A stretch of DNA of 50,013 nucleotides, filler included, from Trypethelium eluteriae (taxonomy: Eukaryota), in NCBI GenBank assembly GCA_051942245.1. It is 2 parts of 2 records of this genome, joined end to end, with 100 filler letters (N's around TTAATTAATTAA, not from the genome) between each part and the next. Parts side by side here need not be neighbours in the genome. Positions count along the whole stretch, not along the records: positions 1 to 24,966 come from JAVECL010000386.1; positions 25,067 to 50,013 come from JAVECL010000387.1. One strand, given 5' to 3'. Positions within the stretch are counted from its first letter, which is position 1. Every line of letters starts with the position of its first letter. The notes under the pieces are model-generated. The model did no database searches and was not told the DNA's origin. It worked only from the letters and a program-made list of their open reading frames with translations. Shown one piece after another: positions 23,610 to 36,940 of the stretch. A program made the translations under genes and the position numbers.

Positions 23610-24966
23610 GTTTGGGATTCTAGAGAGGGTCGACCTCCGGCTCTGCTGTTCAATAGCTACAAGCAGTCAAGAAGAGAAATTAGAGAATTGTATGAAGCGT
23701 GAGCTTGCAAAATTAAGTGAGCTCAATGCATGATAAGGAAATTTTCAACAAGAAACCGGTTTAGGCAACAGACCTCGCCACAGTATGAAAGACTACCTTA
23801 CGTGGATGCGTTCGTAAACGGCTAGTGCCGCTAGACATCGGCTCAAACCCTGAACTATTGCCTCTAACGTAGGCACGGAGCGACGTGAGTCAGGAACGAA
23901 ATTCACTTCTCTTGAATAAATATTGGCCAGTGTCGTTGAAGTAAGTCCCGGCAGGCTCCGCAGATCGGCAGGCATCAGCGCTACGCAACTCAGTAGGGAA
24001 ATTGAGATACAAGTGGCTGCAGCTTCAAGCATAAGCCTATCACCATGCGTACGATAATCCAGACCATTTCAAGATCTAGCTTGTCTCCTTACAGTGATGT
24101 TGGCGACGCAAGATGCTGTTGAATTGAACGTTGGCAAGGAGGCTGGCAAGGACCGCCGCGCCACTCGCTGATTAATAGAGTACTTAATTACCGTACCCAG
24201 TCTTATCCTGTCAGGGCAACATTAATGCAATCAACCTCCAGAGTACCTTTCCTCGCCATCGTTTTTTTTTTTTTTTTCGAATAGACAGAATAGATGAACA
24301 AGCGGGTACAAAGTATATACCTCCGTAGTCGACGTCTTGATATCGTAGCTCTCGCGCCCCCAACTACATTATTTTTTTACTTCTTCAGATCATCAAGATC
24401 TGCATGCAATCCTCGTATTTACACTTCTGTATTATTGCCAGGGGCCGACTGAAGCCAACCCTGATGATCGAGCTATCAGGAGACTGGAGGCGGCTGACAT
24501 TTTCGTTGGTAGCCTCTTAGGTCGTATCGAGCAGAAACAGACGCACTGACACTACTTTTGTATTCGGCATTATCGTCTACAATAGGCATTATTCGTCGAG
24601 GCGGCTTGGGTGGAGCCCCACCGGGATGGAAAGCCAGCCAAGTGCCAGAAAGAAAACTTGCAGATACCTTCCGAGATAGCGGCATCAAGCTTTAGAACAT
24701 CCCAATCAGAGGCACAGCTCGCGAGTGTGTTCCACGGTACTTCAAAAACGAATGGTGAACTCGCTTGAGTACACATTGAGACCAAGTGCACCTGATACAC
24801 CAAGCGATTTTCATCCTAGGAGAGGAATACTCCCTATCCCAACATATCTCCATAATTTCCAATCGTTCTTTCCCGATCCAAAGGATACCCACCACCATCC
24901 AGCACATCCTATCCAATTCTCGGTCTCACTCCTCATCCACATCCATACCATCATCTCCCTCTCCCC

Positions 24967-25066
24967 NNNNNNNNNNNNNNNNNNNNNNNNNNNNNNNNNN
25001 NNNNNNNNNNTTAATTAATTAANNNNNNNNNNNNNNNNNNNNNNNNNNNNNNNNNNNNNNNNNNNN
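24967..25066. other. Assembly gap with artificial TTAATTAATTAA linker
   Basis: 44 N + TTAATTAATTAA + 44 N, 100 bp in total. The 12-mer places stop codons in all six frames, typical of a contig-joining spacer. Confidence 0.92.
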
Positions 25067-27420
25067 GTGGTGGGGGTTGGCGCGGCAGGGAGGGGTTCGA
25101 CGTAGGAGGCGGGGACCAGGCCGGTGTGTGGGCCGGCGCGGACTTTCATCCAGCCTGAGCCGTCTGGATGCAGCTGGGTTAGTGAAACTCTGGGAACTGA
25201 GGCTGAGTAGATTGAAAATTTTGGTAGTCGAATTCATTAGGCTGAAGGGGGTTTGGGATACGAACCGTCTGGGTCTAGGATGACCACGTCTTGCCCTTCA
25301 TCTACCGTGATTTCGCCCTCGGCATTTTCTTGGTATGGATACATCACTCTACCTCTCTGCTCATCTGATGCTGTGGAACCTGCACCGCTGGGCGTGGTGA
25401 TGTATTGCGCAGGTGGTGGTGCCACGATGCGACTACGACCGGCTCCAATCTTTGGCTTGGATGACATGTCTGGCTTCGGTGGTTCTTCGTCGTCGATATG
25501 CGTCGGAACTGAGGATTTCGAGACAGATCGCCCTGAGCTAAGTGTGTTCATTGAATTAATAGTGCCGCTCCTGCTAAGAGCTCCGTCATCTGCATCTAGA
25601 CCACCACCGGCGGGTGCGCTGCCATTGGTTGGTGCGGGAGGTGCGGTACTAGCGTCTGCCTGTCTCTGCTGCTTCAACTGCTTCTTCTGATCTTTGTTCT
25701 GTTCACCAGGACAGTCTGCAGGCACTTTGAGCTCGCATTTACTGTGACATGTGAACCCACAATCTCGACAATCAAATCCCTTTGCCGAAAGACCCCATAT
25801 CCTGTCACCGCATAGATCGCAGTTGGTCGGAATCTTGAATGTGGTAGGTTTGAAATTGTGATGCCGAGCGCCTAAGGTGAGGTCACCAGCCGCGGAGGTG
25901 ATTGTGGAGACCTCAACCTCTGCGGATATTTTCTTTCGTTCGAGATCATGAGCTGCTTCTTGGAGTGCAAAGACCGAACGGACCACTTCTACCTCATCGC
26001 GGTTGTCTTTACCTTCACGAACATTTTGTCGCACCCGCCGGAAATTATCGACTTCACGGTGCTTCGCGTCGGACTCTCGTCTCAGCTCACTGAGAGAGCC
26101 TTTGCTCTTCGTCAATAGATTCCGAAGAAAAACCTTGGCTGTTTCATCAATCGCCATTGTGGCTTCGTCGAGCCAGACAGGGCTCGGTTCGAAAGCAAAA
26201 TCGAGCGGATCCTGCCAATTGGTCGTATTATGTCTTACAAACATCATGGAATCAAGAGCAGGATTATTTCGCGGTATTTCTGATGACAGGTGTTGGAGTA
26301 GGCTTGTTCTTTGTGTCAGGGTTGCTGTCTCTATTTGTGTACCAAGCATCCATAGGGAATTCAGTCTTGCAACACGGGTTTCTGAGAGATCCTGTAGGCT
26401 CTAAATGCGATCGTCTTATTAGTAGTTGGAGACCGATTTTGTAAAAGCGACTCGAGTCCTTACATCGAGTAAATCGGGGACATACTCATAATAGTATCTC
26501 TCCTTCTGCTTGTTTGTGACATTGATGGCGATGAGGTAGGTATTCTGTGTGGCAGTCAGCAAGGGCGACGATCGAGGGTCGTCAGAGCTCATGCCTTCAC
26601 ATCATGCATATCAGACAATTGCTGGTGGTATGCGCCTTGTGCCTTTGCCTTGCTATGATCGAAGGAGGTATCTGTCTTCTTGCGTCGATTCTCCACCTCT
26701 TGACAAACATTATCGTATTTCCCTTTCACCTTCCTCAGCTCGGCATAAGAGGAGTCTCGCTCCTTTTCAAGCTTGCCCGCGTATTCGACGTGAAGCTTAC
26801 GGAGCTCTTCGTACCTATTCTGTGCATGCTTTATGGGATCGGCTATGCTCGCAACGAGCTGTGTCGCAAGTTTCTCATGTTCGGCCGCGGTCTGCTCTAT
26901 AGTCGACAGCTGCGTGGCCCATGTTGTCATAGAAGCACTTGATTCCGGTCAGCCGAATTAAGTTTGCCCAATGTTTCGCTGTCAACGTACCTTTCCAATG
27001 ACCCTGGTGTAGCCGTAGGATTGTCGCCGACACTCAAGCTACTCTGTCTCTTGGCCTTTTTCTCAAAGTATTTCCTTGCCAAACCTCCCAGCTTCTGACT
27101 ATACTCTCTCTCAATTACGCTTCGATCGCGATAGAACTGTTGTACATCGTCTAGCCAGGCAATGCCATTGGAGACCTATGTTGTGTCGAGTCAGCCGAAT
27201 CCCCGCTGGTCGGCTTTGGGGTCTGCAGGTTTGCGTGCGAGTAGGAACGGAGGGAGCTGTGATTCGAGAGCTTCGAAGAGCGACATACCCAAGCATTGGC
27301 AGGCTTAAACCCGTCCTAAGTTCAAGGCAGTCCAGCATTAGTTTAATACAAGAAAGTTGGTCTTGGGAATCCTACTTTGAGTTCTGCGCCAAAATGGGGC
27401 GCTACGTCCACTTCGGCCAT
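25067..27420 (-). CDS. BZZ1: Bzz1: F-BAR, C1 and SH3 actin/endocytosis protein (3' end lost in the gap)
   Basis: Starts 'MAEVDVAPHFGAELK'. F-BAR helices 'AAEHEKLATQLV...YEELRK', C1 domain 'HNFKPTTFKIPTNCDLCGDRIWGLSAKGFDCRDCGFTCHSKC', SH3 'GRVMYPYQENAEGEITV...DGSGWMKVRAG...GLVPASYVE'. Multiple introns. Confidence 0.92.
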
Positions 27421-28220
27421 GCTTCATGCCATCTGCCCGGGAATGAAAAGATTATCTGAATGTCAATCAGGCACAGAGGTCTCATGACCACATCGCTTAG
27501 AGAAGGTTGTGTCTGAGTAGCGATGTTGATGGCGGGGAGACTTCCAACGGTGTCTGTGCCTGCGCTTGTGGCTGATTTCCGTCATCCTGCGGCTCAACCC
27601 CGATCCTGAATCAGCTCCGGCCGCGCTCTGTCGCTTCTCGAAACGTATTCCCTCGAATACTCTACAATGATGTGCACGATTGAAGGTGGTCTACTATCAG
27701 TCTGTGCGAACTGACTGGCAATACCCTGAGTGCCACAAGAGCCCTGTCAGCTCAAGGCTTACAATATGGTCATCCATCCTGAGCAACAAAATGGTGGCAG
27801 ACTTAGAAACAGCCCGTATTTCCCTTACGGCCGAAGAGTTTCATCGCCCTCTCCATAAGGTACTAGTAGGTATTCACAGGCGACGATTTCTTAGTAATAA
27901 ACAGCGTTCGTTCTCACCGTCGCTACCGCTGGCTACCTAATCTAGGTACTATGCTGCTTCGACCCAGGAAACCTGGCAGCAACAGCCCGATTAGGTTGCA
28001 CGGATTACCTTGGCTCAAAGTCAAGCATTCCTCGTCTCTCTCTAAATACTGAAGCCAGTTTCTTCTGACTGATTAATCTCAGATGCCCTTATTTGCCTGT
28101 GCGAAGCCCGCAGCTAGCGCTTCAATCTCGGTTGTCTCTTTGATCATGTTTCGACCTGGTCTCGGTGCTTAAGCAAACACAACTGATGCTTCATACTCCG
28201 CAACCGCTGTTTTCGAAGAC

Positions 28221-29274
28221 ATGGAAGGCAAGTCATCCTGACTAGAGCGAACAGTTCCCTTGGGATTCCCGCCGTGGAGCATCTCCTCCAGAAGTATCCG
28301 CAATATACCGCCATACTGACCGTGAGAGACGCCTCTGATGCGGATGCCAACACATAAAGTCTACGTATCACCATAGCTCGTTATCCAAAAGCCAAGGCGT
28401 CAATTCGCGAGTTAGATCTTGCCAGTCTTTCCGCAACTCACGCTTTTGCTGATTCCATTGTTTCTGACATTGCGAACGGTCACTATCCGCTACTCGCTGC
28501 CATCATCTGCAACGCTTACTATTGGAACCTCGTTGGTGATCCCGAGCTTACTGCTGATGGCTATGACAAGACTTTTCAGGTGTCTCATATCTCCCATGCG
28601 GCCCTTGTCCTACGGCTTCTGGGCAAGTTTGAACGGAACGGCCGCATCGTCCTCCTCTCCAGCGATGCGCATTGGCCCGGGAAAAATCCAATGGAAAGAT
28701 ACCCTCCGTCCATTCCTGTCAATATGGACCAGTTGGTAAAGCCTTCTGCGGATCACGACAAGCAAGGCCGCGGCTATGAAAGATATGCTACTGCTAAGCC
28801 AGCCATGAGAACCTGGATGTATTCACTGAACGAATATCTTCAGAAGGTATGTTTCGGACTCGATATATCACGGTGTCATTGCATATGGTTGATCACTTCA
28901 AGGAGGCGAGCTTATCGAACATGACCGCGGTCGCCATTAATCCCGGAAACTTAATCGACTCACGCGCACTTCGCAGCAACACGCCGGTCAGCTTAGCCAG
29001 AATGCAAACATTTGTCTACAAACCTCTGTTTCCAATACTAAAATTATTCATGGGTCCCACATTGCGTACTGCAGTCCCGGCCGGTGTTGATGTTGTCGAG
29101 CTTGCCCTAAGTCCAACATACTTGGGCGAGCGGGGCTTCTTTACGCTACTACAGAAGGACCAGAGCTCTCCAGAAAGTCAAGACGAGAGAAAGCAGCAGA
29201 GTTTGTGGACCAAGACTTTGGAATGGGCTAGGATCACAAAGGACAACACTGCACTACAAGCCGCATTCGGTTGA
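28221..29274 (+). pseudogene. Short-chain dehydrogenase/reductase, disrupted
   Basis: A frameshift follows 'MEG' at ~28230. The Rossmann motif reads 'VILTRANSSLG' (TGA-like motif with G>R). In-frame TAA at 28355-28357. Downstream are 'RELDLASL', 'IICNA', 'RIVLLSS', 'YATAK', 'VAINPG'. Intron ~28847-28902. Confidence 0.8.
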
Positions 29275-29629
29275 TTGGTGAGCGGAATGACTCTGGACGG
29301 TGATTGGAGGCTGGATCTATGGCATCCGGCATAGGCTATTGGAAATACTCATGCGGCATCTACTTGATATCCATTCTGTTGTGTGCAATTCATCTTCGCC
29401 GTCTCCAAGAAGCTGTCGACAGCAGATTTCTTGCCTTTGTTCCCTAATCTCACAGCTTTTGGTGCGCTTCCCGCCATCTCTAGAAAGTAACACGATCTAG
29501 ATTCCAGTGGCAATGCCCATTCTGTGCTCATAAAGCCAGACTTCCTACTCGTACACCCTGCTCCGTTATCAACTTTTCATTCTAACACCCACAACAGAGG
29601 AAAGAACGAATCTTATCTCGGTGCAATTC

Positions 29630-31104
29630 CTAGATATCTGACGATACATGTGCGCCATCTCTTGCCGTTGGGATACGGTCACTATGGCCCAGAGCCCTTT
29701 CTATATCTCCCATCACGAACGTCTCGAGATCCGGCCTAGTTTCCGTGGACTCTTTCAGTACGAAAGGAGTTCCGGATACGCTCCCTGAAAGCAATGGTTT
29801 CGGGCGCAAGCCTCTAAAGGATAGATAAGGTTGGAATCCGCTGATCTGAGAGCCTCTGTTCCCCGGGAAGAATGCTCCTACAGTGTTTCTGAAGCGGTGT
29901 CTCTGAGCATCGGTCAAGAGGGGACCTAACGTTGGTAGGCAAGCCGCAATTATGCCAAGTCCAATTTCGAGCATGCTGAAGTATGCCACGTCTGTCAGCC
30001 ACGCTGAGTTTCATGGAGCGTTAGCCAATGTGTGATCCCACTATCAAGTCCAAAGCGGATTACATGCTGGCCACTTACCATATTGGTTAGGAGTTGAGTT
30101 GTGGCCAGGATAAATGACGATAAAGACTACTAGCCTTACAACGCTGGAGAGGACAGCTCTAATGGAGCGTCAACTTTGAGTTGGCCGCAACCTGGTAGCA
30201 ATGTACATATGGTTATTGGACTCACAATGCTCCGAATAGGAATACGCAGCACACCAGAAATTTTTTGGTTCTGGATGTGAGTGTCTTCGAAACCTAGGAG
30301 GAATCAGTGGGGGGCTTGACGCAGTCAGCTGGAACGATGAAGCGAGGATCTACAAACCCAGTAGATCGGTATGATTATGATCACGATGTCGACCACTACA
30401 TCAACGCTGGAGTAAAACAGAGCGATTTTCACTCCAGACATGCAGTTTGCAGCGATATGCTCAGCTGACGTCCAAAGCCAATCAACGTGCTTTCCGCACT
30501 GCAACAATATTAAGAAAAAGCTTGCTAACATCCAAGCTAGCACTACGAAAGACGTGGTCCATGATACAATGTCGAAAGCTTGGCCGCGGAATATTCTCCT
30601 ATAAAAGAAGATGCAGGAGAGCTTGGATGCTCCAAGGGGCCAGAACTGTATGAAATCGATGATGTTTGTGATCTGAAAAGTGGTAAGCTCGTACCTCTCC
30701 CACGATTGGAGAAATACGTCACCCTTTTAGTATGAACTAGTCCCTTCCCATACGCTATATATCCAGAACCAGCGGTGGTTGCGGGGCCATTTAGGCCATA
30801 GTCATAGCGGACAGCACCTGCAAATTAGCGCACTCAGCCATGTTGCTTGGTTTGAGCGTTGTCCAGCAGGACGAACCGACGATAAGCAGCGCTCCCAAGC
30901 TCAAGGACGTAATCTAGAATCCCATATTAAAGTATGCACCTTGGACACTACAGACATAGAGCTTACATATGCGAATAGGATGAGGTAGTCGTCTATTCCA
31001 TATTTGCCCGTGCGGCGCCGCGCAAGGTACCGGAGTAGAAGGATACCGCCATCGGCCAATGGCATCACTACACCCATAGCGATGACTTCAGAGGGAGTGG
31101 GCAT
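29630..31104 (-). CDS. PTH11-like / fungal rhodopsin-domain integral membrane protein
   Basis: 'LLLRYLARR..YGIDDYLILFAY', 'KLSCIFFYRRIF', 'DVVVDIVIIIIPI', 'FSMLEIGLGIIAACLPTL', spread over several short exons. Confidence 0.88.
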
Positions 31105-32997
31105 CTTGCTACAAAACTACGTCAACTGAAAGGCGTTCGGTGCCTTAATCGAAGGATCTGCGGCTTACGTGAACTCCGAGGGAATGAGGCGAATAGCGGA
31201 TCGCTGTAGCTATATATTTACCGAGCTTGGGTCCAGGCAATAACTCTCCAAACCAGGTCATGATTGGCCGGAGATATCTACGAGAAGCATGAATGCTCCC
31301 ATCTTGGAATGCGGCGTAGCATTGACGTGACTCAACTCGATGTTCATAAGGGAGGAATGTCTACGGCAGGCTTCGTTAAATATGTAGGTATTGTTGCGAA
31401 TCGGTGGGGGAGCTGCAGGGCCGCATAAGCTGCATCCGCCTGTTTTCGTACCTCATTTAATGCCTGCAGCGGTCAGAATCATCGCCTAAGGTCGGTGAGC
31501 AGCGCCAAGGTCAGCTCTATGGACGCATTGACAACTGGATTCCAAGGGGTTGCCGTCAAGAGTCTTCGCTCACGAAGGTCCGCGACTGGACGTTGTTGGA
31601 CTGTCGATCCATTTCCCGTTCTTTTCACGAGAGTCCACTCTCCGTCAAATATTCACGTGAAGCATAGCATCTACCTTCAGCTTGAGATGGCACGGAAATG
31701 CCCTTAATCCATCTCATCCCATTGATGGACAATCTAAGCTAGGATATAGCTCAGAGAGATATCGGCACCATAGTTGGATCATTCCATGCAGCCGTAGGCT
31801 AGATGTCCTGCCTAGTCTCAGCCTCGTCCCGTTCCGTGGTGCATGTCATTAGACATTCGGTGCTAACCGAAGGCAACAAGGCGGCAGAGGCCCCATGGGT
31901 ACAATATATCTTAGAGGCATTTACCAGGGAATGAGGCGTTTTCGCCAACTGCGAGCTTCTGCGATACAACGCGTTCCGCTTTAACCCTTTTATTCCGTCG
32001 CTTTAGTAGTCCTCGAGCAATTTCTTTGGAGAGGATGTCAGCCGCATTTCGATTTCGATGTGCGAACATAGCCAGCAGTGTGGTGCTACACATGCACTTA
32101 GGAATCCCCTGTCAGCGGCCTTCACCGCCAAGGTGCGTCCAGCGGTGACGCAAAAAGGTGTAGATCATTAACTCAAACAGTGGATCGATTTGTGAGAGGT
32201 AATTTAGAGAAAAAGCTAAGAATTTAGAAACTAAGAGTTAAGGTACGGAGTGCGATGGAGCTGTATGGACCACATATCCACAGCCCTCTCCCCTTCTTAG
32301 GAAAGTAAGGCTATTATTATATCATTTTGTCATGGACTGAGGGTCACGTGCATTTAGGATAGGATGTGAGGTCACATGATGTATGACGTGGCTCTGCGCA
32401 TGGACCCGCATCTAGCTTTACAAGCTTTAGATACTTGTTTATGTCTATGTTCCACGAGCTTTTATCTCCCCTAGCTTAGTAGTCCAACGTCGACATCACG
32501 TCCTTGGGGCGCAAGGGTGCTTGGGGTCAGCGCCGATGAACGCTAGCCCTCGGCGTACCGAAGCCTCGTTGGTCTACTCTATGATGCCAAGGCGGCTAAG
32601 CCGCATGTGCACTATCTCTAGAATTAGATTCGCTAATATCTCAGCCTCCCGTAGAAGCATATGGCACGCACTTTGTTCTCTTCATAGCCCTTGATCAGCC
32701 TCTATAGGCGTCTGCTGCGGTTCTCCATGGCCGGTCCAAGTCAAGCACTCTTCTAGTGCGGTTATCTTCGCGGGATCTATTGGACAGAGCGGACCGCGCA
32801 GCATATGCTGAGCCCCTGTAATCCGTGCATCCCTGGAGGAGGCAAGCACAAACCGTGGCTGGCTGGTAATGCAGTATGTTTTCTGTACAATAGTAATATA
32901 TAAGCACCATAACCAAAATAATCGATATCCATCGCAGCTTGCTGGCACTCAATATTATTTACCACTCTTACTAAAACCCAAGCGATATATTGCCATC

Positions 32998-34614
32998 ATG
33001 ACGCTACACATGCTACCTAGCTCTTCCAATCTTGCACTCCTAGCAGCTTTTCTTTTCATTGTTAGTTGCGTGAACCAATCATGTGTCGCACATCCTGCCA
33101 GGGGACTTTCTCAACTGGATCCGATCTCACAACTCGAAGCACGGTCTCCGCAAGATCTCGAGGAACGCACCTCCTTGCCAAACCAAGTCGTACCGACGAG
33201 AATAATATCTAAATACCAATGTCCGGTTGGTGCTCAATGTAACGACGGAGACGATGCGGATGAAAATGGATCAAACGATGACGATGAAGGCGGCGAAGAA
33301 TCAGACAAACCAGACACTGAATACGAGCCTAGCGACTTTGAAAAATCGCCCGAGAAGGCTAAGAAGGTCGAAAGGACAAAGAAGCGACAGAAACCTGATG
33401 GCAAAGATATCTTTTGTAAGAGTAACGAAAATCCCTGCTATGGAGAATGCTGCGATAAGCAGAGTGAGCATTGTTCGCCCATGGCAGTAATTTCGCAGAC
33501 CGAAGGGATGAAATACAGCACCTGCGTGGCGATTGGCAAACGTGCAGATAGGAACGGGAAGGCGTGTGAGAAAGCGAAGATGAGTGATGGTATCTGCACA
33601 TAAACATGAAGTTGCACTGGTATCAAGGCGGCGGGGATATCTGGTCATTGCATTGCGCAAGAGTTTGATTTGAATGAGGAAAGATCACGTCCAGCAAATT
33701 CTAAAAGATTATTTGCGCTGCACATGCAAGCACATTCTAATTGGTGTGATCATGGCCCTGCAAAAGCTGCGCATGCACTGTAAGCCTTTGTCAAATGTTC
33801 TTGGCCACACTTTCCGAAATGATATGTGTTCGACATAGGACCTGTTGAGAATGTTCCGTATTGGATGCTAGATCTCGTCGTATATGACAGCTATGCTTGT
33901 CTGCTTACTTACAGTAGTCAGCGTCCTTCAGGGCCGGTTGTCGAAACTACCCCATCTGAACACGTGAATATCATCATGATGGTAAATTCGACGTGTCGTC
34001 CGATCTGAGGTACTGAGCTAAGCCTTGTACAGCTGTCTCGCAGTGTTGGCACCATTCTGGACACCACCGTCAGTGCACCAGAGCAACAAGCCTTCCACAT
34101 CCGAATGCTCGCTATCATTATTAGCATATCGAATGAACGCAGCCTTGCTATGATCGAGCCCCAACGTGGTCAGGTATTTGATGCTAGCGACGACGACGAT
34201 AGCAACGACGACGACGAAAATGATGAAGACGAAGACGAAGACGAAGACGAAGACGACGACGACGACGACGACGACAATACTCAGGCGGGGGAAGATGTTG
34301 ACATGGGCGAAGATATCATTGAAGAGGAAGTAAAAGCCGATGTTCAATCCGTACCCGAACCCAGTACTAGTCGTTTCCCGCCATTCGATCCTACGAACCG
34401 TCTCTCCAACTGTCTTGTGCTCACCGACGACCCCAACTCGACGAAAGAGAGTCATATCACTATCTTCAACATCGTAAATGATACCGTAGTTGATGTGAAG
34501 AATGTGCATCAGATGCGTCGCAACGACATCGCCCAGGAAAAGATGAACTTGGGTTGTGGTGAGGTGCTCAGCATGAAGGGAGTCCGACGTGTGCAGAAGA
34601 TCGTCTCAGGGTAA
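32998..34614 (+). pseudogene. Probable disrupted secreted Cys-rich protein with acidic tracts
   Basis: Signal-peptide-like 'LALLAAFLFIVSCVNQSCVAHP' and Cys-rich 'CKSNENPCYGECCDKQSEHC'. The ORF stops at 33601-33603 but a protein-like frame continues after an apparent shift. ORFs 33826-34008 and 34105-34614 are in the same frame, separated by one TGA. Could be two genes. Confidence 0.5.
34189..34275 (+). repeat. GAC/GAA trinucleotide low-complexity tract (poly-Asp/Glu)
   Basis: (GAAGAC)n followed by (GAC)n. Confidence 0.9.
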
Positions 34615-35054
34615 GAACCTGATTGAATATAGTTTCCATCGAACAATGGCACAACGAGCCAACCAGCAGGCCGTTAGAGAGTCATCTGTACTACAGGATT
34701 TCCTTCTTGCCTTCGCCTAATCAGAGGAGATTGAGACCACTGCGAAAACCATTTTACACGTCCAATATCTCTTGGCGTAGCTAGATCTCAACGACAAGTT
34801 TATCAGTGTGATTGACGTTCTCCGCGATGGTAATGCTGTACTCAAGATCCTCTTTCAGAACTACCAAATCACTGCCAGAAACCGAGGATGTGGTATTAAG
34901 ACGCGGAAATTTGACTTCCTTGCCTCTCAACTATAGGTCAAACAAGGCCGGATAAAGATAATAACGACGTCGAGGGAGGAATACTATGGACAGGCTTTTA
35001 GCCAAGTGCGGCCCATTCAATGCTCGCAATGACGCTGGGGGCGCAAATGCTGAC

Positions 35055-35133
35055 GAGAGAAAAGGATGATTGGTTGAACTAGGTGAAGGAACTAGCTCCA
35101 ACCTCTAGCTTGAACTAACCATCCTTTTCTCTC
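35055..35133. repeat. Short inverted repeat/hairpin upstream of the second Zn2Cys6 gene
   Basis: GAGAGAAAAGGATGATTGGTTGAACTAG ... CTAGCTTGAACTAACCATCCTTTTCTCTC. The outer 14 bp are perfect. Confidence 0.75.
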
Positions 35134-35197
35134 TCTACGTTCCGTGCCCTCAGCGCGTTGACGTCCCAAGTCCCCCACATGATTGTGTATGTAAATC

Positions 35198-36940
35198 ATG
35201 GCGGCCGACGGCGGCCGTTCCATTGCTCAATCATCTCTGGCCTCCCAAGTCTGCGCTCACTGCAAGACGCGCAAGAAGAAATGCGACAAGGCGCTTCCGC
35301 GGTGCGGCTACTGCGTCCGGTAAGAAAGTTCATCACCAAGCCGCCGTCGTTGGAAACATTAGATGACGCTTCTGTGGTAGAAAGGAATTGAGCTGTTTGT
35401 ATGGGCAAGAGCAGGAGCCCCCGCCGCCTCCATCACCACCATCAACAGGCAATCGCGCTGTCACTGCTCCACCTATATCTTTTCAGGCCGTTTCTCTGAC
35501 TATCCCAGCGGAACCAACAGCGTCGTCGGAGGCCAAACTGTATCTCCAAGTCCTGGGTTTGATTCGTGAGACTGGCCAATTTGTAGATGACGTAAGCGCT
35601 CGCTACTTCCATGGCGTGCATCGTTACCTTCCCATTATCTCTCGAACGCGCTTCCACAAAAATCTCATCACGCTGGGCGCCACTTCAAGTGCCGGTTTCT
35701 CAGTCCTTCTCGTGGCCATCTGTCTGGCATCTTCGTCTCCAGAACTAGGCCGACGCACCGGCTACGTGTCGGGTGAAATTCGGCAGGTCACCCGGCGATC
35801 TCTCTATCTCGCAGCAAGATCGCTCTTTGCTCAGGTTCAGGCCTGCTTTCGCCCGTCAGTCCATCTGATACAGGCTGGCCTCTTACTGGCAGTCTACGAG
35901 TATGTAAATGGACGGCCCGACGAGGCATTCGCGTCCATTGCGGGCTGTGCTCGCATGGCCTACGCCGCCCGTATCCACCTCTGCAACCATTCTGGGCCAC
36001 AAACACCCTCATTCCCTGAGGCCAGTGCAGATAAAGACGCATATCTCCAGTTACAAAGCCAAGAAGCAGCCAATACGTGGTGGGGGATTGTCATCTACGA
36101 GCGGTGATGCCCCTTCTCCTTTCCATCACCTTGCAGACATCCTCCCGCCACAATAATGGAACTAATTCATGCCAATAGGACCTTTTTCTGCGATGTGGCC
36201 GTTACTGAACAGCCGCTGATCACACTCATCCCTGGTGAATATGCTCGCCTTCCGACAGAGCCCGTAATTCTAGAGGAAAGCGATCACCGGCATTCCGAGT
36301 CGATAATCCACCTATCGGTCTCCTGCCTGAGCTCTACGAATGTCGGAGGTTTTGGTCGCGCTGCCTAAGCGTCATGGCTTCTGGACCAAGTCTTGAAAGG
36401 CTTCGAGGTCTCAAGCATTGATTCTAGACTGTTCCAGCTACAAAGCTTGGATAATACTCTTCAGACATTCCTGGGAGTGCTAATGCAGCAGAGTAATGAA
36501 AAAGGGAGTGTATTCTGTGAAGCGATAGCTATCGTAATCAGGTCAGTGCATCGATGAAGTAGTCATATCGTCTATCACTTCCGTGCCGCATCTTGACTAG
36601 AAGCAGAGCGATATTCACGCTACACTGGCACATTCTCAGCCAGCCCTCAGAAATCGTTAGCGGCATGTCTCATTCGCCGAAGGAGCTGCATGAGTACTCA
36701 AAGGCTGCTCTTGACACGGCCATGAAGATGGTCCTCGACATCGTCGAGGCCCACGAGAACTCAGATCCCTACCTGCTTACCTGCGTGACACCAAGCTACC
36801 CATATCTTGTTCGAGCCGCGCTCAAGCACATTTATGGCAGATCTGAATGGAAGGACGACGATTCACTGAAGAACGCTGAAAAGCGACTTCGAACAGCTCT
36901 AGACCAGTTCAGCCACTCCTGGAATGCGACTGATTCCTGA
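35198..36940 (+). pseudogene. Zn(II)2Cys6 transcription factor with a premature stop
   Basis: 'CAHCKTRKKKCDKALPRCGYCVR|KELSCLY', 'YFHGVHRYLPIISR', 'LIQAGLLLAVYEY', 'TWWGIVIYER'. In-frame TAA at 36366-36368 within 'GFGRAA*ASWLLDQVL'. Confidence 0.82.

Noticed and set aside
24400..24966. Possible small spliced gene ending 'GIIRRGGLGGAPPGWKASQVPERKLADTFRDSGIKL'
   Set aside because: No convincing start or family assignment could be built, and it lies next to the gap.
25011..25022. TTAATTAATTAA palindrome
   Set aside because: Assembly linker between N runs, not biological.
34018..34509. Minus-strand ORF with a poly-Val/Phe hydrophobic stretch
   Set aside because: Antisense reading of the GAC/GAA tract.
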